The notes under the pieces: generated by a model
Database searches by the model: none
What the model saw: the letters and a program-made list of their open reading frames with translations, nothing else
What the model was told of the DNA's origin: nothing
Shown: in pieces, positions 57,701 to 64,000 of the stretch
Position numbering within the stretch: position 1 is the first letter of the stretch
How the letters are laid out: the number at the start of each line of letters is the position of its first letter
Assembly (NCBI GenBank): GCA_030141605.1
Contig: JAQGDQ010000167.1
Coordinates: 19,577 to 83,576, forward strand
Reading direction: 5' to 3'
DNA from: Tubiluchus corallicola
Taxonomy: Eukaryota; Animalia; Priapulida
DNA: 64,000 nt
Position numbers and translations under genes: made by a program

Positions 57701-60700
57701 ACACTTGGCATTGTAGCGACAATTATGATTCTCTTCAGCACATTCATCAATATCTACAGCAGCGGGTATTCATAGCATTTAAAAGCTAACACAGTAAGAA
57801 GGGCAGTAATGCTAGGATTAAGCATAAAAACTAAATATGACAAAATTAGCACAGTGACAATAGCATTGCAATTATCGACCCTTACCAGTGCAGCCATCCA
57901 CATCTTGTTTTCCATATCCCTCATAACCTAGCAAGCATTCGCATGAAAAATTTCCTTTAGTGTTCACACATTTGGCATTGTAGCGACAATTATGATTCCC
58001 TTCGGCACATTCATCAATATCTAAAGCAGGAGACACTCATAAAGCATAATTAAAAGTTAACACAGTAAGAAATGCAGCAATGTTAGTATTATGTATGAAA
58101 CATGTCTGACAAAATTAGCATAGGGACAATAGCATTACAATTATCAGTCTTTACCAGTGCAGACATCCCCATCTTGTTTTCCATCACCCTCATAACCTAG
58201 CAAGCACTCGCATGAAAAACTTCCTTCAGTGTTCACACATTTGGCATTGTAGTGACAATTATTATTCTCTTTGGCACATTCATCAATATCTAAAACAGCA
58301 GATACTCATAAAGCAATTAAAAGTTAACACAGTAAGAAATGCAGGAATTATAGGATTATGTATGAAACATAAATGTGACAAAATTAGCAAAGTGACATTA
58401 GCATTACAATTATCAGCCCTTACCAGTGCAGCCATACCCATCTTTTTTTCAATCAACCTCATAACTTAGCAAGCACTCACATGAAAAAATTCCTTTAGTG
58501 TTCACACACTTGGCATTACAGCGACAAATTTGATTCTCTTCGGCACATTCATCAATATTTAAAGCAGCAGATACTCATAAAGCAATTAATGGTTAAGGTA
58601 TGAAATACAGCAATGCAAGGAATTAGTGCAAAGAATAAACATGAAAAAATTAGCTAGCACAGTGACTTTAGCATTACAATTATTGATCTTTACCAGTGCA
58701 GCCATCCCCATCTTGTTTTCCATCACCCTCATAACCTAGCAAGCACTCGCATGAAAAACTTCCTTTAGTGTTCGCACACTCGGCATTGCTGTGACAATTA
58801 TGATTCCCTTCGGCACATTCATCAATATCTAAAACAGCAGATACTCATAAAGCAATTAAAAGTTAACACAGTAAGAAATGCAGCAATTATAGGATTATGT
58901 ATGAAACATATATGTGACAAAATTAGCAAAGTGACATTAGCATTACAATTATCAGCCCTTACCAGTGCAGCCATACACATCTTTTTTTCAATCAACCTCA
59001 TAACTTAGCAAGCACTCACATGAAAAAATTCCTTTAGTGTTCACACACTTGGCATTACAGCGACAAATTTGATTCTCTTCGGCACATTCATCAATATTTA
59101 AAGCAGCAGATACTCAGAGAGCAATTAATGGTTAAGGAACGAAATACAGCAATGCAAGCAATAAGCGCAAAAAATAAATATGACAAAATTAGCACTGTAC
59201 TAGCACAGTGACTTTAGCATCACAATTATCAGTCTTTACCAGTGCAGCCATCCTCATCTTGTTTTCCATCACCCTCATAACCTAGCAAGCACTCGCATGA
59301 AAAACTTCCTTTAGTGTTCGCACACTCGGCATTGCTGTGACAATTATGATTCCCTTCGGCACATTCATCAATATCTAAAGCAGCAGATACTAATAAAGCA
59401 ATTAATAGCTAATAGAGCATGAAATGTATCAATGCGTAAATTAAGTATGGACAAAATTAGGAGTGAATTTAGCATTGCAATTATCGGGTCTTACAGGATC
59501 AGCCATCCCCATCTTGTTTGCCATCACCCTCATAACCTAGCAAGCTTTTGCATGAAAAACTTCCTTCAGTGTTCACACACTTGGCATTGTAGCGACAATT
59601 ATGATTCTCTTTGACACATTCATCAATATCTAAAGCAGGAGACACTCATAAAGCATAATTAAAAGTTAACACAGTAAGAAATGCAGCAATGTTAGTATTA
59701 TGTATGAAACATGTCTGACAAAATTAGCATAGTGACAATAGCATTACAATTATCAGTCTTTACCAGTGCAGACATCCCCATCTTGTTTTCCATCACCCTC
59801 ATAACCTAGCAAGCACTCGCATGAAAAACTTCCTTCAGTGTTCACACACTTGGCATTGTAGTGACAATTATTATTCTCTTTGGCACATTCATCAATATCT
59901 AAAACAGCAGATACTCATAAAGCAATTAAAAGTTAACACAGTAAGAAATGCAGCAATTATAGGATTATGTATGAAACATAAATGTGACAAAATTAGCAAA
60001 GTGACATTAGCATTACAATTATCAGTCTTTACCAGTGCAGACATCCCCATCTTTTTTTCAATCAACCTCATAACTTAGCAAGCACTCACATGAAAAAATT
60101 CCTTTAGTGTTCACACACTTGGCATTACAGCGACAAATTTGATTCTCTTCGGCACATTCATCAATATTTAAAGCAGCAGATACTCATAAAGCAATTAATG
60201 GTTAAGGTATGAAATACAGCAATGCAAGGAATTAGTGCAAAGAATAAACATGAAAAAATTAGCTAGCACAGTGACTTTAGCATTACAATTATTGATCTTT
60301 ACCAGTGCAGCCATCCCCATCTTGTTTTCCATCACCCTCATAACCTAGCAAGCACTCGCATGAAAAACTTCCTTTAGTGTTCGCACACTCGGCATTGCTG
60401 TGACAATTATGATTCCCTTCGGCACATTCATCAATATCTAAAACAGCAGATACTCATAAAGCAATTAAAAGTTAACACAGTAAGAAATGCAGCAATTATA
60501 GGATTATGTATGAAACATAAATGTGACAAAATTAGCAAAGTGACATTAGCATTACAATTATCAGCCCTTACCAGTGCAGCCATACCCATCTTTTTTTCAA
60601 TCAACCTCATAACTTAGCAAGCACTCACATGAAAAAATTCCTTTAGTGTTCACACACTTGGCATTACAGCGACAAATTTGATTCTCTTCGGCACATTCAT

Positions 60701-63700
60701 CAATATTTAAAGCAGCAGATACTCATAAAGCAATTAATGGTTAAGGTATGAAATACAGCAATGCAAGGAATTAGTGCAAAGAATAAACATGAAAAAATTA
60801 GCTAGCACAGTGACTTTAGCATTACAATTATTGATCTTTACCAGTGCAGCCATCCCCATCTTGTTTTCCATCACCCTCATAACCTAGCAAGCACTCGCAT
60901 GAAAAACTTCCTTTAGTGTTCGCACACTCGGCATTGCTGTGACAATTATGATTCCCTTGGGCACATTCATCATTATTTAAAGCAGCAGATACTCAGAGAG
61001 CAATTAATGGTTAAGGAACGAAATACAGCAATGCAAGCAATAAGCGCAAAAAATAAATATGACAAAATTAGCACTGTACTAGCACAGTGACTTTAGCATC
61101 ACAATTATCAGTCTTTACCAGTGCAGCCATCCTCATCTTGTTTTCCATCACCCTCATAACCTAGCAAGCACTCGCATGAAAAACTTCCTTTAGTGTTCGC
61201 ACACTCGGCATTGCTGTGACAATTATGATTCCCTTCGGCACATTCATCAATATCTAAAACAGCAGATACTCATAAAGCAATTAAAAGTTAACACAGTAAG
61301 AAATGCAGCAATTATAGGATTATGTATGAAACATAAATGTGACAAAATTAGCAAAGTGACATTAGCATTACAATTATCAGCCCTTACCAGTGCAGCCATA
61401 CCCATCTTTTTTTCAATCAACCTCATAACTTAGCAAGCACTCACATGAAAAAATTCCTTTAGTGTTCACACACTTGGCATTACAGCGACAAATTTGATTC
61501 TCTTCGGCACATTCATCAATATTTAAAGCAGCAGATACTCATAAAGCAATTAATGGTTAAGGTATGAAATACAGCAATGCAAGGAATTAGTGCAAAGAAT
61601 AAACATGAAAAAATTAGCTAGCACAGTGACTTTAGCATTACAATTATTGATCTTTACCAGTGCAGCCATCCCCATCTTGTTTTCCATCACCCTCATAACC
61701 TAGCAAGCACTCGCATGAAAAACTTCCTTTAGTGTTCGCACACTCGGCATTGCTGTGACAATTATGATTCCCTTCGGCACATTCATCATTATTTAAAGCA
61801 GCAGATACTCAGAGAGCAATTAATGGTTAAGGAACGAAATACAGCAATGCAAGCAATAAGCGCAAAAAATAAATATGACAAAATTAGCACTGTACTAGCA
61901 CAGTGACTTTAGCATCACAATTATCAGTCTTTACCAGTGCAGCCATCCTCATCTTGTTTTCCATCACCCTCATAACCTAGCAAGCACTCGCATGAAAAAC
62001 TTCCTTTAGTGTTCGCACACTCGGCATTGCTGTGACAATTATGATTCCCTTCGGCACATTCATCAATATCTAAAGCAGCAGATACTAATAAAGCAATTAA
62101 TAGCTAATAGAGCATGAAATGTATCAATGCGTAAATTAAGTATGGACAAAATTAGGAGTGAATTTAGCATTGCAATTATCGGGTCTTACAGGATCAGCCA
62201 TCCCCATCTTGTTTGCCATCACCCTCATAACCTAGCAAGCTTTTGCATGAAAAACTTCCTTCAGTGTTTACACACTTGGCATTGTAGCGACAATTATGAT
62301 TCTCTTCGGCACATTCATCAATATCTAAAGCAGCAGATACTCATAGCAATTAAAAGTTAACACAGTAAGAAATGCAGCAATGTTAGTATTATGTATGAAA
62401 CATGTCTGACAAAATTAGCATAGTGACAATAGCATTACAATTATCAGTCTTTACCAGTGCAGACATCCCCATCTTGTTTTCCATCACCCTCATAACCTAG
62501 CAAGCACTCGCATGAAAAACTTCCTTCAGTGTTCACACACTTGGCATTGTAGTGACAATTATTATTCTCTTTGGCACATTCATCAATATCTAAAACAGCA
62601 GATACTCATAAAGCAATTAAAAGTTAACACAGTAAGAAATGCAGCAATTATAGGATTATGTATGAAACATAAATGTGACAAAATTAGCAAAGTGACATTA
62701 GCATTACAATTATCAGCCCTTACCAGTGCAGCCATACCCATCTTTTTTTCAATCAACCTCATAACTTAGCAAGCACTCACATGAAAAAATTCCTTTAGTG
62801 TTCACACACTTGGCATTACAGCGACAAATTTGATTCTCTTCGGCACATTCATCAATATTTAAAGCAGCAGATACTCATAAAGCAATTAATGGTTAAGGTA
62901 TGAAATACAGCAATGCAAGGAATTAGTGCAAAGAATAAACATGAAAAAATTAGCTAGCACAGTGACTTTAGCATTACAATTATTGATCTTTACCAGTGCA
63001 GCCATCCCCATCTTGTTTTCCATCACCCTCATAACCTAGCAAGCACTCGCATGAAAAACTTCCTTTAGTGTTCGCACACTCGGCATTGCTGTGACAATTA
63101 TGATTCCCTTCGGCACATTCATCAATATCTAAAACAGCAGATACTCATAAAGCAATTAAAAGTTAACACAGTAAGAAATGCAGCAATTATAGGATTATGT
63201 ATGAAACATAAATGTGACAAAATTAGCAAAGTGACATTAGCATTACAATTATCAGCCCTTACCAGTGCAGCCATACCCATCTTTTTTTCAATCAACCTCA
63301 TAACTTAGCAAGCACTCACATGAAAAAATTCCTTTAGTGTTCACACACTTGGCATTACAGCGACAAATTTGATTCTCTTCGGCACATTCATCAATATTTA
63401 AAGCAGCAGATACTCATAAAGCAATTAATGGTTAAGGTATGAAATACAGCAATGCAAGGAATTAGTGCAAAGAATAAACATGAAAAAATTAGCTAGCACA
63501 GTGACTTTAGCATTACAATTATTGATCTTTACCAGTGCAGCCATCCCCATCTTGTTTTCCATCACCCTCATAACCTAGCAAGCACTCGCATGAAAAACTT
63601 CCTTTAGTGTTCGCACACTCGGCATTGCTGTGACAATTATGATTCCCTTCGGCACATTCATCAATATTTAAAGCAGCAGATACTCATAAAGCAATTAATG

Positions 63701-63944
63701 GTTAAGGAACGAAATACAGCAATGCAAGCAATAAGCGCAAAAAATAAATATGACAAAATTAGCACTGTACTAGCACAGTGACTTTAGCATCACAATTATC
63801 AGTCTTTACCAGTGCAGCCATCCTCATCTTGTTTTCCATCACCCTCATAACCTAGCAAGCACTCGCATGAAAAACTTCCTTTAGTGTTCGCACACTCGGC
63901 ATTGCTGTGACAATTATGATTCCCTTCGGCACATTCATCAATAT
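21063..63944 (-). CDS. Polycystin-1-like / REJ-domain receptor gene (EGF_CA array - EGF x4 - PKD - REJ - partial GAIN); 5' end beyond window, 3' part (GPS/TM) absent
   Basis: Hand-spliced GT-AG exons join in frame: EGF array 56279-63944; 55399-55512; 52570-52683; 50367-50486; 48574-48687; 46940-47643; 45939-46135; 43404-43504; 42013-42160; 40806-41035; 39475-39570; 39153-39260; 37433-37578; 36338-36488; 34127-34275; 32907-33032; 31316-31413; 29206-29350; 27576-27726; 26143-26240; 25153-25309; 24427-24569; 21063-22008. Family motifs: [67 protein letters not shown] (REJ); [29 protein letters not shown] (PKD1-type GAIN). Confidence 0.88.
25153..25309 (-). CDS. GAIN-domain exon (mirror copy 19147-19303 on +)
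   Basis: [52 protein letters not shown], typical of PKD1-family GAIN. Confidence 0.85.
27923..28130 (+). mobile_element. tRNA-derived SINE (Meta-SINE-like core); mirror ~16325-16532 on -
   Basis: A-box-like GGCGTAGCTCAATGG, degenerate B-box, then TATACCAAAGACTTAAAAAATGGTA core. Confidence 0.6.
43970..45330. repeat. 37-bp intronic minisatellite (~37 copies); mirror part at 1-455
   Basis: Unit ACATATCTTATTAGACAATCCTGGACATTGTTGAAGA repeated head-to-tail. Confidence 0.95.
45939..46135 (-). CDS. REJ-module exon
   Basis: [39 protein letters not shown]; phase 0 in, phase 2 out. Confidence 0.88.
46940..47643 (-). CDS. Large exon: PKD domain and start of REJ module
   Basis: ORF 46919-47638; [20 protein letters not shown] matches PKD-domain WDFGD/HtY..pG.Y.V; [19 protein letters not shown] is REJ-like. 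Confidence 0.88.
48574..48687 (-). CDS. EGF-like exon (phase 1-1)
   Basis: [42 protein letters not shown] flanks. Confidence 0.9.
50367..50486 (-). CDS. EGF-like exon
   Basis: [40 protein letters not shown]; the second GT of GTAGGTAGGT gives the required phase 1. Confidence 0.88.
51827..51949 (+). repeat. Direct tandem duplication (~69-bp period)
   Basis: AAATTTCTACTTGCCTGAAACCACCTATATATCTTACTTACCTAGCTAACAGTTT twice. Confidence 0.85.
52570..52683 (-). CDS. EGF-like exon (phase 1-1)
   Basis: [42 protein letters not shown] flanks. Confidence 0.9.
52715..53140 (-). mobile_element. 5'-truncated CR1/L2-group LINE ORF2 fragment (post-RT C-terminus)
   Basis: [46 protein letters not shown] matches the LYkslVRPhLEYc..W.P..kDi..lE.VQrR signature. 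Confidence 0.85.
54633..54757. repeat. (TG)n / (CA)n / (TA)n microsatellite, self-complementary
   Basis: Direct reading. Confidence 0.95.
55399..55512 (-). CDS. EGF-like exon (phase 1-1)
   Basis: cag|..|gtac; [38 protein letters not shown]; not in the ORF track. Confidence 0.9.
56279..63944 (-). repeat. Tandem array of 29 exon+intron units (~255-280 bp), each with a 135-bp phase 1-1 calcium-binding EGF exon
   Basis: Unit translation e.g. [45 protein letters not shown] (cbEGF consensus D-I-D-E-C, C-x-N-x-x-G-S-F-x-C). Low coordinates of units: 56279, 56548, 56817, 57087, 57364, 57619, 57886, 58155, 58424, 58694, 58963, 59240, 59495, 59764, 60033, 60303, 60572, 60842, 61119, 61388, 61658, 61935, 62190, 62455, 62724, 62994, 63263, 63533, 63810. 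Confidence 0.95.
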
Positions 63945-64000
63945 CTAAAGCAGCAGATACTCATAAAGCAATTAATGGTTAATAAGTATGAAATACAGCA

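Noticed and set aside
57619-57753. TGC>TGA at the sixth Cys as selenocysteine recoding
   Set aside because: No SECIS evidence, and neighbouring codons and the donor context are also altered, which fits decay or a poison exon better.
57556-62769. Repeated + strand ORFs (MKNFLQCSH.., MRKLSMDK..) as a small gene family
   Set aside because: They are antisense readings of the EGF exon units.

Overview
AT-rich, intron-rich animal genomic DNA (probably a marine invertebrate; the species cannot be fixed from sequence). One large minus-strand gene of the polycystin-1-like (PKD1L/REJ) family runs from beyond the right edge to 21063. Its order is: a tandem array of 29 near-identical 135-bp calcium-binding EGF exon units (56279-63944), four more EGF exons, a PKD domain, the REJ module, and a partial GAIN domain carrying a 33-Cys insertion. 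The GPS, TM, PLAT and channel exons are not in the window. Instead, 1-20657 is a near-perfect inverted copy of 23799-44424: a palindrome of at least 44 kb with a 3.1-kb spacer, duplicating 15 exons tail-to-tail. The junction lies in a telomere-like 43-bp repeat and has an 8-nt microhomology, as expected for fold-back priming. In the EGF array only 14 of 29 units are open with canonical splice sites, 12 have an AG>AA acceptor and 3 are spliceable but carry a stop. Introns hold MITEs, a SINE, a LINE fragment and satellites. Coordinates and exon joins were read by hand; an assembly artefact for the palindrome cannot be excluded.
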